64,000 bases of DNA from Candidatus Gastranaerophilales bacterium (GCA_944324375.1 CALUWB010000002.1:175-64174), one strand, 5' to 3'; positions 1-8,551 are shown, numbered from the stretch's first letter. Made by a program: numbers and translations. The notes: generated from the letters alone by a model not told the origin.

Positions 1-106
1 ACACTATGATTGGTTACACTAGTTTGATAGGAGTTATCCTAGTCTTTTTTACAGAGATGAAACAGGTAGCCCGTAGTAAAGTACATTAATATAAAGGAGA
101 AATGCT

Positions 107-886
107 ATGGCAGTAGCATCAATGATTGAATTATTAGAAGCAGGCGTTCACTTCGGACACCAAACACAACACTGGAACCCAAAAATGAAACAATACATCT
201 ATGGGGCTAGAAATGGTATTTATGTTTTAGACTTAAGAAAAACAACTGATTTATTAGATAAAGCATATGAAGTTGTTAGAGAATACGCTGCTAAAAACAA
301 AAACATCTTATTTGTTGGAACAAAAAAACAAGCATCAGAAGTTGTAACAGAAGAAGCTAAAAGAGCTGGCGCTTATTATATCAACAGAAGATGGTTAGGT
401 GGTATGTTAACTAACTTTGAAACAATCAGAACAAGAGTTAACAAATTAAGAGAATTAGAAGATTTCATCTCTAGCGGCCACGTAGAAAAATTACCTAAAA
501 AAGAACAAGCTCAAATTTCAAGACAAGTAACAAAATTAAGCAGAACTTTAGGCGGTATCAAGGAAATGAGAGGTCTTCCTGATTTAATTTTTGTTGTTGA
601 TCAAAAGAAAGAAGCAATTGCAATTGCAGAAGCTAACAAATTAAATATACCTGTTATTTGTTTAGCTGATACAAATGCTGATCCTGAAGGAATTGATTAC
701 ATCATCCCTGGTAATGATGATGCTATTCGTTCAGTAAAATTAATCACTTCAAAATTAGCAGATGCTGTTCTTGAAGGTAAACAACTTAAAGAAGCAAAAG
801 CTAACACAGGTAAAATCGAATCTATTAAAGCAGAAGATGCAGGTGTTGTTGAAGAAGCAAAATCTGAAGAAACTGCAAACGTTTAA
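107..886 (+). CDS. rpsB: 30S ribosomal protein S2
   Basis: 259-aa ORF. The N-terminal [19 protein letters not shown] region is S2-like. AAGGAG lies upstream of the ATG. It is followed by tsf, the conserved rpsB-tsf pair. Confidence 0.97.
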   Translation: MAVASMIELLEAGVHFGHQTQHWNPKMKQYIYGARNGIYVLDLRKTTDLLDKAYEVVREYAAKNKNILFVGTKKQASEVVTEEAKRAGAYYINRRWLGGMLTNFETIRTRVNKLRELEDFISSGHVEKLPKKEQAQISRQVTKLSRTLGGIKEMRGLPDLIFVVDQKKEAIAIAEANKLNIPVICLADTNADPEGIDYIIPGNDDAIRSVKLITSKLADAVLEGKQLKEAKANTGKIESIKAEDAGVVEEAKSEETANV

Positions 887-900
887 TTCATAAATTTAAA

Positions 901-927
901 GAGCGAGGTTCTTCCTCGTTCTTTTTA
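901..927 (+). terminator. Intrinsic terminator/attenuator hairpin between rpsB and tsf
   Basis: Stem 901-908 (gagcgagg) pairs with 914-921 (cctcgttc, one G:U). Loop is ttctt, followed by a T-run at 922-926. Confidence 0.55.
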
Positions 928-952
928 AATAAATTTTAGAAGGAGAAAATAA

Positions 953-1816
953 ATGAACGTTACAGCTACAATGGTAAAAGAACTTCGTGACAAAACTGGT
1001 GCTGGTATGATGGATGCTAAAAAAGCATTAGTTGAAGTTGACGGAGATATGGAAAAAGCTATGGAAGTACTTCGCCAAAAAGGTATCGCTTCTGCTGAAA
1101 AGAAAATGGGCAGAATCGCTGCTGAAGGTAGAGTAGAATCATATATCGATGACTCTTGTGGTGCAGTTATCGAACTTAACTGTGAAACAGATTTCGTTGC
1201 TAAAAACGAAGAATTCATTGAATTAGCAAAAGGTTTAGCTGAAATGGTTGCTAAAATGAACCCAGCTGACGTTGCAGCTTTAGAAGCTTTAACTTGCCCT
1301 AAATGTGGTAAAGTAATCTCTGAAGTATTAAAAGAAAAAATCGCTTCTATCGGTGAAAAAATCACTATCAGAAGATTTGCTAGATACGAAGGTAATGTTG
1401 CATCATATATCCACAATGGTAAAATTGGTGTATTACTTGAAACATCAGCTGCTGATGCAGAATTAACAAAAGATATCTGTTTACACATCGCATCTTGCGC
1501 ACCTGAATTCGTTTCAAGAGCTAGCATTCCTCAAGAAGTAATTGCTCACGAAACTGAAATCGAAATGGGTAAAGAAGATTTAGCTAAAAAACCTGAAAAT
1601 ATCAGAGCTAAAATCGTTGAAGGACGTGTTAACAAATTAATGGCTCAAAAATGTTTATTAGAACAACCATTCGTTAAAAATCCTGATATGACTATTGAAC
1701 AATTAATTTCTGGCAAATTAAATATCGTTAAATTTGAAAGATTTGTTCTTGGTGAAGGTCTTGAAAAAAGAAACGAAAACTTTGCTGATGAAGTTATGAA
1801 CCAAATCAAAAAATAG
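953..1816 (+). CDS. tsf: Translation elongation factor Ts
   Basis: 287-aa ORF. It has the N-terminal UBA-like VKELRDKTGAGMMDAKKAL signature and GGAG upstream of the ATG. Confidence 0.97.
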   Translation: MNVTATMVKELRDKTGAGMMDAKKALVEVDGDMEKAMEVLRQKGIASAEKKMGRIAAEGRVESYIDDSCGAVIELNCETDFVAKNEEFIELAKGLAEMVAKMNPADVAALEALTCPKCGKVISEVLKEKIASIGEKITIRRFARYEGNVASYIHNGKIGVLLETSAADAELTKDICLHIASCAPEFVSRASIPQEVIAHETEIEMGKEDLAKKPENIRAKIVEGRVNKLMAQKCLLEQPFVKNPDMTIEQLISGKLNIVKFERFVLGEGLEKRNENFADEVMNQIKK

Positions 1817-1835
1817 TTGAATATTTTAATAATTG

Positions 1836-1872
1836 AAAAAGCGATAGGTAAAATATTTATCTATCGCTTTTT
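1836..1872 (+). terminator. Rho-independent terminator of tsf
   Basis: aaaaaGCGATAG...CTATCGCttttt: a 7-bp GC-containing stem extended by flanking A/T runs, with a T-run at 1868-1872. Confidence 0.7.
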
Positions 1873-1891
1873 CATATTAAGAAATAAAAGA

Positions 1892-1917
1892 ATGGACTGT
1901 TTTAGATTCCAGTCCAT
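1892..1917 (-). terminator. Terminator hairpin downstream of the 636-aa gene (usable in both directions)
   Basis: atggactg (1892-1899) pairs with cagtccat (1910-1917). On the minus strand it is followed by tcttttatttc. Confidence 0.55.
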
Positions 1918-1962
1918 TTTAATAACCCTATATGAAAATTGTAATATTATATAAAATGACTA

Positions 1963-3873
1963 CTAGCCTCCAAACACTTTGAAACCTTGTTCAACGTGCT
2001 TATCTACTACTTTTTTAACAGCTTCCATTTCATTTTGTAATGCTGATTGTTCTGTATTTAATTGTTCAAGCCTTAATTCTAAATTTCTATCCTGAGCCTG
2101 TATAATTTCTGTTTTAGCATTTATATCTGCTATCGCTTTATCGTATTCTTTTTGCTTATAGTTATACTGATTAACAGCATCATTATACGCAGCTTCATCA
2201 ATTACGGTTTCAACATTCAAAGTATAAACAACTGAATCATTTTCAAATTTTACAGTTGAAAAACGGCCACTACCATCAGTATCTAACAAAGCTTTTTGAG
2301 TTTCAGTAACTTTAGTATCAAGATAAGTGGCATTATAATAAGCTAATTTATCCTGTTGTCCGTCAATACCATTATCAGCAATTGAATCTTCATCATAAGC
2401 ACTAGTTGCTGATTTTTCTAAATCAAATACTGTTGTATAGTATTTAACACCATCCTTTTCAAAAGAATAAATACCTCCGATATACTCTCCTGCTGCGTCA
2501 AAACATTTTGCAAAATTTTCGGCTGCAGCTGTACTACCATTAGGTCCTTTCATATCCTTTATAATTTGCTGAATTTCAGTAGAGATTGTACTATCTTTTT
2601 TATAATCATCTTGAGATAATAAAGTTAACTTACTATTCCCAACTGCAGTATAATCTTTAAAAGTCGGAGAATATTTTGCAGTATCAATTGGTAATTTAGA
2701 ACCAACTATCATTGTCTTTAAATCAGCTTCTTTAGCATAATTACCATCTTCATCTTTGAAATATACAGTTTTTGAATTACTTGCCAAAACTGTTTTATCT
2801 TTATGGTCTAATGAAGTTTGAGATTGCTTTATTTCATTGGCACTTATATAATTTCCATTTGCATCTTTATAGAAAGAATCATTTTTATCATAATCCGTTC
2901 CATAAACTTTTATAAGTTCAGCTTCTTGTGCAGCATCTGTTGTATCAACTTTGTTATAAACCGTTTGAGTATTAGTAACTTTATCAATATCAGATGTTGT
3001 AGCACCGTTTGTACCGTCAAGATTTATAGCATACTGTTCTGTAGTAGTTGATTTATAATATTTATTTTCAGCAACACCGCCTGCTTTTACTTTAGCGACA
3101 TCGGCTTCAAAATCTGTACCATAGATTGCAAGCATATTTTTGTACTGTTGGTCATCAACATCTAAAGTATTCAAATCTACAGGAGCATATGTTTGACCAC
3201 CATATGTATAGTTAGAACCTGCTTGAACAAAAGATGTAAGTGCCACACCTGCATTTTGAACAGAAGTCTGAATATCAGTATAGGTATAAGTATCAGCTAC
3301 ATCATTATAGCTAAAATAATCTGCAACCAGATTTGTTCCTGATATTGCATTAATTTTCATTCTGTCCAATGAATTATTGTTGTCCACCGGCCTGAACGTA
3401 TGTTTATAGTTGTTGCTATCTGTGATAATGTAAGACCCATTGCCGGTCTGAGTCGGAGGAAGTAGAGCTTTTACATAGAGCTCTTTGTGATTTTTAGCTG
3501 GATCATAGGAGTACTTGTCTGTTTTTACAGCCTGTACTTGTGGGTCATTCATCAATTTTTTAGACCCGGTGTAAACTTTTTCATAGTGATAAGATGTTAC
3601 TACATAGTTATATTCAGAGTCAGAATCACCTATTTGATAATAATTTTCTAAAACTGAATCATTAATACCATCACTATAAGAATATTCTAATTTAGTAAAA
3701 TCAGTTGAAGAAGGAGCTGTTGGAACCTGCATTCCAAGCATTTGATTAAACAAATCTGCTGTTTGGTTCGCAAGAATTAAACGAGATTGGTTAATCTGTT
3801 GACCTTCATATTCAACATTACTTTTTCTCGCTGTTAAAGCTATATATCTTGCTTGTGAGGCAGCCATTCCCAT
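1963..3873 (-). CDS. Hypothetical protein with a conserved N-terminal helix, variable core and coiled-coil C-terminus (paralogue of the 171-aa duplicated genes)
   Basis: 636-aa ORF. N-terminal MGMAASQARYIALTARKSNVEYEGQQINQ aligns without gaps to MGMLLMMFRKMHLIQKKNNIEFQLTDLNQ of ORFs 32618 and 33485. Identities are M1 G2 M3 R9 L13 K17 N19 E21 N28 Q29. The middle is rich in Asn/Asp/Thr/Tyr. The C-terminus is heptad-like (NLELRLEQLNTEQSALQNEMEAV). No family recognised. Confidence 0.8.
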   Translation of the reverse strand: MGMAASQARYIALTARKSNVEYEGQQINQSRLILANQTADLFNQMLGMQVPTAPSSTDFTKLEYSYSDGINDSVLENYYQIGDSDSEYNYVVTSYHYEKVYTGSKKLMNDPQVQAVKTDKYSYDPAKNHKELYVKALLPPTQTGNGSYIITDSNNYKHTFRPVDNNNSLDRMKINAISGTNLVADYFSYNDVADTYTYTDIQTSVQNAGVALTSFVQAGSNYTYGGQTYAPVDLNTLDVDDQQYKNMLAIYGTDFEADVAKVKAGGVAENKYYKSTTTEQYAINLDGTNGATTSDIDKVTNTQTVYNKVDTTDAAQEAELIKVYGTDYDKNDSFYKDANGNYISANEIKQSQTSLDHKDKTVLASNSKTVYFKDEDGNYAKEADLKTMIVGSKLPIDTAKYSPTFKDYTAVGNSKLTLLSQDDYKKDSTISTEIQQIIKDMKGPNGSTAAAENFAKCFDAAGEYIGGIYSFEKDGVKYYTTVFDLEKSATSAYDEDSIADNGIDGQQDKLAYYNATYLDTKVTETQKALLDTDGSGRFSTVKFENDSVVYTLNVETVIDEAAYNDAVNQYNYKQKEYDKAIADINAKTEIIQAQDRNLELRLEQLNTEQSALQNEMEAVKKVVDKHVEQGFKVFGG

Positions 3874-3930
3874 AGGGGTTTTCTCTTCTTCTTTCTTTTT
3901 ACTTACTACTCACATATCATGTTACAAGGG

Positions 3931-3997
3931 TTTTATACACTATTCAAGGGATATAATAGATATTTTATACTTTAGATGGTGGAATTTTATACTTTAG
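3931..3997. repeat. Direct repeats in the upstream region of the 636-aa gene
   Basis: The 14-mer ATTTTATACTTTAG occurs at 3962-3975 and again at 3984-3997, 22 bp apart. A third TTTTATAC box lies at 3931-3938. Confidence 0.6.
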
Positions 3998-4023
3998 TAT
4001 AATTCAAAAGAGTGTATATATTA

Positions 4024-4233
4024 TTAATTTGTATCTCTAGTGAATTCCGTCAAATCGCACCCAAGAGCGCCTATAATTTTTATAATTTCAAGAATAGGTG
4101 GTTTATATCGACCTTTTTCAAATCTAATATATTTTCTAAGCCTCATACCAAGCAAGCTAGCAAATTGTTTTTGCCTAAACTTTCTTTTCCTAATTTTGAG
4201 AATCTTTTTCCGAAAAAAGTCTGAGTTATACAT
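4024..4233 (-). CDS. XRE-family (Cro/CI-type) helix-turn-helix regulator
   Basis: 69-aa ORF. QKQFASLLGMRLRKYIRFEKGRYKPPILEIIKIIGALGCDLTEF fits the HTH_3 pattern (helix-turn-helix followed by E.G). Confidence 0.8.
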   Translation of the reverse strand: MYNSDFFRKKILKIRKRKFRQKQFASLLGMRLRKYIRFEKGRYKPPILEIIKIIGALGCDLTEFTRDTN

Positions 4234-4257
4234 AGTTTATTACTTATAATTTAATTT

Positions 4258-4301
4258 ATCATATTCATATTGAATAATATAATCAACAATATGAATATGA
4301 T
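4258..4301. promoter_or_regulatory. Perfect 15-bp inverted repeat (candidate operator) between the divergent XRE genes
   Basis: ATCATATTCATATTG (4258-4272) and CAATATGAATATGAT (4287-4301) are exact reverse complements separated by 14 nt. They lie inside the 109-bp divergent intergenic region. Confidence 0.5.
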
Positions 4302-4342
4302 ATACCGTAGAAACATTTTTGTCAAATAAATAGAATAATAGT

Positions 4343-4570
4343 ATGGTAATTGATTTAAAAAGTTTGGCAAAAAATTTTGCAAAGAAGGTGAAATTAGAAC
4401 GAGTAAAAATGGACATTTCACAAGAAAAACTTGCAGAATTAGCGGGATTAAATAGAACAACAATAAGTGCAATAGAGAGATGTAAGATGTCCCCAACATT
4501 GGACACAGTAGGTAGTTTGGCAAATGCTTTTGGTTTAACAATCGAGGAAATGTTCAATTTTAATTTTTAA
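4343..4570 (+). CDS. XRE-family helix-turn-helix regulator
   Basis: 75-aa ORF. ISQEKLAELAGLNRTTISAIERCKMSPTLDTVGSLANAFGLTIEEMF is a canonical HTH_3 signature. Confidence 0.85.
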   Translation: MVIDLKSLAKNFAKKVKLERVKMDISQEKLAELAGLNRTTISAIERCKMSPTLDTVGSLANAFGLTIEEMFNFNF

Positions 4571-4601
4571 TTGGATAATTTTCTTTGAATTGGATAATTT
4601 T
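4569..4601. repeat. Short direct repeat downstream of the 75-aa XRE gene
   Basis: AATTGGATAATTTT occurs at 4569-4582 and 4588-4601 with a 19-bp period. The first copy overlaps the stop codon. Confidence 0.4.
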
Positions 4602-4771
4602 TACACCGAGTTGCAATCAGTATTGCACCCTATTTACTGCAATTTCTTCATGGTATGAATGATTATGACTTTTTAATTTATTTTTAAGTATTTTTTTATT
4701 ATAAAACAGATAGGAATATATAATGCAGTAGAAGAAAAATTAAGAGAGTCCATAGTCCTGCATAAATATCA

Positions 4772-5221
4772 TTATTTATTGTTGTATTCTCTCAATATAA
4801 TTTTATATATTGGGAGATATGTAAGAAAATTTGAAAATAAAACTATTGAGAAAAATAATCCAACTATGATGTCGCCTTGACCTACTATGTATGATCCTAT
4901 GATATCAATGCTTATAAAAATTAATAATAATATATGAGCTAATTTTATATGTTTATGAAAATATGAAGTAAAATTATATATTTTGTCGAATTTTAGATAT
5001 AGTTTTTTTTCAATAAAATATCTAATTGGATTAGTAAATATTATATTGACTAATGAACTTATAATAGGTATAACCATTGCATATTCATACAAGGATGCAT
5101 TTTGTGATAATTTTATACTTGCAAGTATTACTATTGTAAGTAAACAAAAAATAATTATTGGTAAAAAATCAAAAAATAAAAATGCGAAAATAAATTTTAT
5201 CCAGTAATTCTTTTGTTCCAT
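4772..5221 (-). CDS. Small polytopic membrane protein, unknown function
   Basis: 149-aa ORF with about four long hydrophobic segments in an extremely AT-rich context. No family recognised. Confidence 0.6.
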   Translation of the reverse strand: MEQKNYWIKFIFAFLFFDFLPIIIFCLLTIVILASIKLSQNASLYEYAMVIPIISSLVNIIFTNPIRYFIEKKLYLKFDKIYNFTSYFHKHIKLAHILLLIFISIDIIGSYIVGQGDIIVGLFFSIVLFSNFLTYLPIYKIILREYNNK

Positions 5222-5340
5222 TTCATACCCCTTAATAATTTTATATTAATACAAATATAATCATATATATTAATATATTTTCAATTAAAAACAGTAAATA
5301 TATTATAAATATCTGAAAATTATGTTATAATATAATAATT

Positions 5341-5760
5341 ATGAAGGATATGATTAAACAATTATATCAAAGGTTTATTTCCTTAAAATCTATGTGGTGG
5401 ACGCATGTTCTATCTATTTTGACAAACATTTTTTTTATTCCGTATTTTATATTGATAATTATTAATATAATTATCAACATTATTATATGTTTTACAAATG
5501 GTAGTGGAATTAAAGAATACTCAATTTTAAATGGTATAATATCAATTATTTTTATTATTATATCTTATGGAATAATAATGCCAATCACTCTTGTAGTTTT
5601 TATTACAGAAATGTTTACATCTTTTAAATTAGTAGTAAAGAATAAAATTTTGATAAAAAATCCTGTTTACCATACATTTTGGCTTACAGGATTTATTATA
5701 TTTATTATAAATATGTTAATTATTTTTATTTTAAGACTTAAATATTGTTTGGGATTTTAA
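5341..5760 (+). CDS. Small polytopic membrane protein, unknown function
   Basis: 139-aa ORF with about four hydrophobic segments. It is divergent from 4772-5221, and its 3' end overlaps the convergent 543-aa gene by 23 nt. Confidence 0.6.
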   Translation: MKDMIKQLYQRFISLKSMWWTHVLSILTNIFFIPYFILIIINIIINIIICFTNGSGIKEYSILNGIISIIFIIISYGIIMPITLVVFITEMFTSFKLVVKNKILIKNPVYHTFWLTGFIIFIINMLIIFILRLKYCLGF

Positions 5761-7369
5761 TTGGTATATGTAAAATAAATGGTTCTAGATGCATTAATTC
5801 TTGTTGCCTTGCTGCATTATTATTTATATATATAATTAATTCTTTTAAAATATTTTTTCCTGTTTCATCTAATTTAATATTTGTTAAGTCCTTATTTAAA
5901 ATTTTATTTGATATTATTTTAAATGTCTCTATATATTTCCATTTTTCAAAATCAAAATTATCTATATAATCCATAACAATATTACCATTTTTATCAATAT
6001 GTGGATTATAAATATCGACATAATGTAATGTTAGGTATAATGATAAATTATTATATGAATTTGTATTATATTCATATTCAATAGTAATAATTTTATTTTT
6101 AAGTTTTCCTGCTCTAATTTCATTAATATTTTTATTTATAAATTGTTTTAATTCTGTAGAATTTATAATTTGTTTTGTTAAACTTGAATTATTTTTAACA
6201 CTAATAATATATGTATTATTAATTTTTTCTTCTAAATTTTTATCATTTACATTTAATTTACGGCTATTAATAATTTTTTGTTTTATAATATTTTTTAAAT
6301 TACTATTTTTTAAGTCTGAAAATTTAAAATATAAATTATCTTTATTATTATTTTTAATTTTTTTTATATCATTATCTGCTAATGATAGTGATATTTTATA
6401 GTATTCTAAAAATGGAAATATATTTGGGATGATTTTAGTTAGTGCCTTCTGACTGATTTGTGGGATATTTAGCCATTCATAATCTCTATAAATTTTAAAA
6501 TTTTCATGTAAGAAATTATGTATGCTTTTTTTTATAGATTGTTCAGATGTTCTCATTTCAAATTTATAACTGCCGTCAGGATTTTTAATTTGTTTATAAT
6601 CTAAATTGTTATCAACCGATATTATATTCTGATTTGTTGGAATAATATTTTTATCCATGTAATCATTATCATCTCCACCTTTTTTCTTAACTTTCCTAAT
6701 ATGTTTTGCTCCACAGGTTCTGATATAGTCCTCTACCTCTGTACCATCTTTTTTGGTATAGCCAGATACTTCATAAGAGCCAACACATGGTGTTTCTATA
6801 TATTCATATTGGTTATTTGTATTTGAATTATCAGTTTCTTTGTTTTCATCTTTAGGTATATTTTGTTCAATTTTACCTTCAAGAGGTTTATTTGCCGATG
6901 GCTTTATCTTTTCCACCTCTTGTTTCTCAAAATATACTTCATCAAAATCATCGTAGTTTTTATTCTCATTTAAAGATGTGACCATTTTACCGTCATAAAG
7001 CTTTTCTGAAATAGAATATGCAAGCATTGATTTTATTTGATTATCATTTAGATTTTTGCCTTTTATAGATTTTTTCAAATCTTTGGCAATTTCTCTTCCA
7101 ACTCTAGCATTCCAAATTTTCATTGAGGCTTCTTTTAATGTTTCATTATTGTATTCAGAATCCATTTTTAAATTGCTTTCAAATTGCTTTTTAGCAACTT
7201 TGTCACCATATTTATATGCAATATATGATGATATATATGCCATTCTAAATGCATCCAATTCATCGTTAAGACCATAAGTATTTGATTGTCTAAACTTATA
7301 ATAATTTTGAAATAATCTAACATCTTCTTCTAATCTTTGTTTAGTATAATCTTGAAATTTTAATACCAT
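5738..7369 (-). CDS. Large orphan protein; the N-terminal domain has a DAFR.AY...G...A...E...W N.R.GR.IA pattern
   Basis: 543-aa uninterrupted ORF with GGAGG upstream. The N-terminus (LDAFRMAYISSYIAYKYGDKVAKK...MKIWNARVGREIA) resembles the DAFRHxxW...NNxxGR motif of DUF6973-type domains; this comes from memory and is tentative. A middle Cys-bracketed stretch reads CVGSYEVSGYTKKDGTEVEDYIRTC. The C-terminal roughly 280 aa is Asn/Lys/Ile-rich. Confidence 0.7.
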   Translation of the reverse strand: MVLKFQDYTKQRLEEDVRLFQNYYKFRQSNTYGLNDELDAFRMAYISSYIAYKYGDKVAKKQFESNLKMDSEYNNETLKEASMKIWNARVGREIAKDLKKSIKGKNLNDNQIKSMLAYSISEKLYDGKMVTSLNENKNYDDFDEVYFEKQEVEKIKPSANKPLEGKIEQNIPKDENKETDNSNTNNQYEYIETPCVGSYEVSGYTKKDGTEVEDYIRTCGAKHIRKVKKKGGDDNDYMDKNIIPTNQNIISVDNNLDYKQIKNPDGSYKFEMRTSEQSIKKSIHNFLHENFKIYRDYEWLNIPQISQKALTKIIPNIFPFLEYYKISLSLADNDIKKIKNNNKDNLYFKFSDLKNSNLKNIIKQKIINSRKLNVNDKNLEEKINNTYIISVKNNSSLTKQIINSTELKQFINKNINEIRAGKLKNKIITIEYEYNTNSYNNLSLYLTLHYVDIYNPHIDKNGNIVMDYIDNFDFEKWKYIETFKIISNKILNKDLTNIKLDETGKNILKELIIYINNNAARQQELMHLEPFILHIPIKIPNNI

Positions 7370-7646
7370 AGCTCCTCCTTAAATTATTAAATATTTGCAC
7401 ATAATAAGAACTAAATGTTATAATATAATTATAAAACAATGTAAAATATTATCTTACTATGTAAGATATAATAATACATTATAAGAATTTTAACAAGAGT
7501 TTTATACTAACTCTATTAATATTTCTTTACATTTAATATCTTTTTTTATTTCAATTTATAATTTTTCTGGTTGTATGGTCATAATAAGAAATTCTTTTTG
7601 AAATGATACTTCATCAACATAATTGTTAAGCTTTTATCATAATTCA

Positions 7647-7675
7647 TTGACTCTATTTTATGCTTTTCTTACAAT
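7647..7675 (+). promoter_or_regulatory. Sigma-70-type promoter
   Basis: TTGACT (7647-7652), exactly 17 nt of spacer, then TACAAT (7670-7675). The predicted transcription start is about 7682, at the start of the riboswitch-like leader. Confidence 0.6.
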
Positions 7676-7681
7676 TTTCAT

Positions 7682-7807
7682 GAGGAAATGAAGTGAATAT
7701 CTTCAGCTGTGCCGCAGCCGTAATAGCCGGAATACTCAAATTTTGACAATGTTTCGTCGCAAAACATTGTAGGCAAAGGGGTAAATGAAAGAGTAGAAAG
7801 GTTTATT
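7682..7807 (+). promoter_or_regulatory. Cobalamin (B12) riboswitch-like leader, short form
   Basis: The core at 7684-7735 is GGAAATGAAGTGAATATCTTCAGCTGTGCCGCAGCCGTAATAGCCGGAATAC. It is collinear with the nrdD leader and with the conserved B12 core (GGUG.AA.UCC...CCGC..C.GU...AGYC.GGA). A 9-bp hairpin follows (7746-7754 pairing with 7762-7770), then GAAAGG and a GTG start. Confidence 0.55.
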
Positions 7808-8527
7808 GTGAGTATCGCAGTATCAGCAATACAAGCATCAGGAGTACGTTCAGGGCTATGTCCACATGGTCTGCCACCTGGAGCTTGTCCTATATGCTCA
7901 GGTATGGGCTCAGGCTCAAACAAAGTTGTGACTGCCGATTTCTCTGCTAAACCTGGGGAGATGAGTTGGAACGAATGTGCTGCTATTGGTGCATTTCTTA
8001 AATCACTACAAAATGCCAGAATGGCGAGAGAAGCTGATTATCAACACCAACTTGTTGCAATTGCTCAGTTCCAAAATAATATGGCTAAAATGGCTGCTAA
8101 TTTGCAAACTTTTATCCAAAATATGAGCCAATCACCACTTACCAGACCTATTGCGTATGTTGCTCAAAACGTTTTACTTCCTGTGGTGAATTTTATGAAA
8201 GATTTACCGGTAAAATTCTTACAAATGACTGCTAATATTGGACAAAAATTAGCTGATATTTCTGATAAGTTAGCGGCAATTTATGGGGAACTTAAAGCTG
8301 CTATGGATAAGAAATTCTCTGATTTTGCTAAGAAAGTTAAGAAGAAAATTATTTCTATATTTGAAATATTTAGTTCTAATAATGAATCAACAGACGATGA
8401 AAAAATATTAGCATACCAAAAACAACTTAACAAAATACAATCATTTCTCGAAGGAATAAACAAAGAGCTCAATCACAAATACAAACAAATGGTTGAGAAA
8501 GATGTCGAAACTTCCTTATCTGCATAA
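7808..8527 (+). CDS. Hypothetical protein with an N-terminal Cys/His motif
   Basis: 239-aa ORF with a GTG start 7 nt after GAAAGG. The N-terminal GLCPHGLPPGACPICSG motif (C-x-H...C-x-x-C) is followed by long helical, Ala/Gln/Lys-rich sequence. No family recognised. Confidence 0.75.
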   Translation: MSIAVSAIQASGVRSGLCPHGLPPGACPICSGMGSGSNKVVTADFSAKPGEMSWNECAAIGAFLKSLQNARMAREADYQHQLVAIAQFQNNMAKMAANLQTFIQNMSQSPLTRPIAYVAQNVLLPVVNFMKDLPVKFLQMTANIGQKLADISDKLAAIYGELKAAMDKKFSDFAKKVKKKIISIFEIFSSNNESTDDEKILAYQKQLNKIQSFLEGINKELNHKYKQMVEKDVETSLSA

Positions 8528-8551
8528 CCAACAAATAGAAGGAATTAGATA

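Noticed and set aside
28-50. Small hairpin (tagga-gtta-tccta) plus T-run at the window start, as a possible terminator of the upstream gene.
   Set aside because: The stem is only 5 bp, which is too weak to call.
925-1527. 200-aa minus-strand ORF antisense to tsf.
   Set aside because: It is a shadow ORF inside a highly conserved gene, and its translation is low-complexity Ser/Ala/Ile-rich. The same reasoning rejects 2818-3051, 11510-11761, 11787-12122, 23780-24153, 25447-25746, 31055-31423, 39086-39415, 48229-48573, 50351-50782 and the other short antisense ORFs in the track.
4012-4557. Four overlapping 69-105-aa ORFs (4012-4224 +, 4040-4249 +, 4240-4557 -, 4251-4541 -).
   Set aside because: They are alternative frames or strands of the two XRE genes. 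Only 4024-4233 (-) and 4343-4570 (+) give recognisable HTH_3 proteins.
4024-7369. Prophage remnant, suggested by the Cro/CI-like regulator pair.
   Set aside because: No integrase, terminase, capsid, tail or lysis genes are present. The switch-like architecture alone is not sufficient.
7778-7786. The 9-mer GGGGTAAAT occurs three times in intergenic DNA (7778-7786, 10069-10077, 19361-19369). Two of these lie inside the B12-led cluster, each followed by GAAAGGT and a start codon.
   Set aside because: It is too short, with too few copies, to exclude chance without a genome-wide count. It is noted in case it recurs systematically.
7678-7923. 81-aa minus-strand ORF from the track.
   Set aside because: It lies antisense across the promoter, riboswitch-like leader and 5' end of the 7808 CDS. 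It has no RBS, and the plus-strand features explain the region better.
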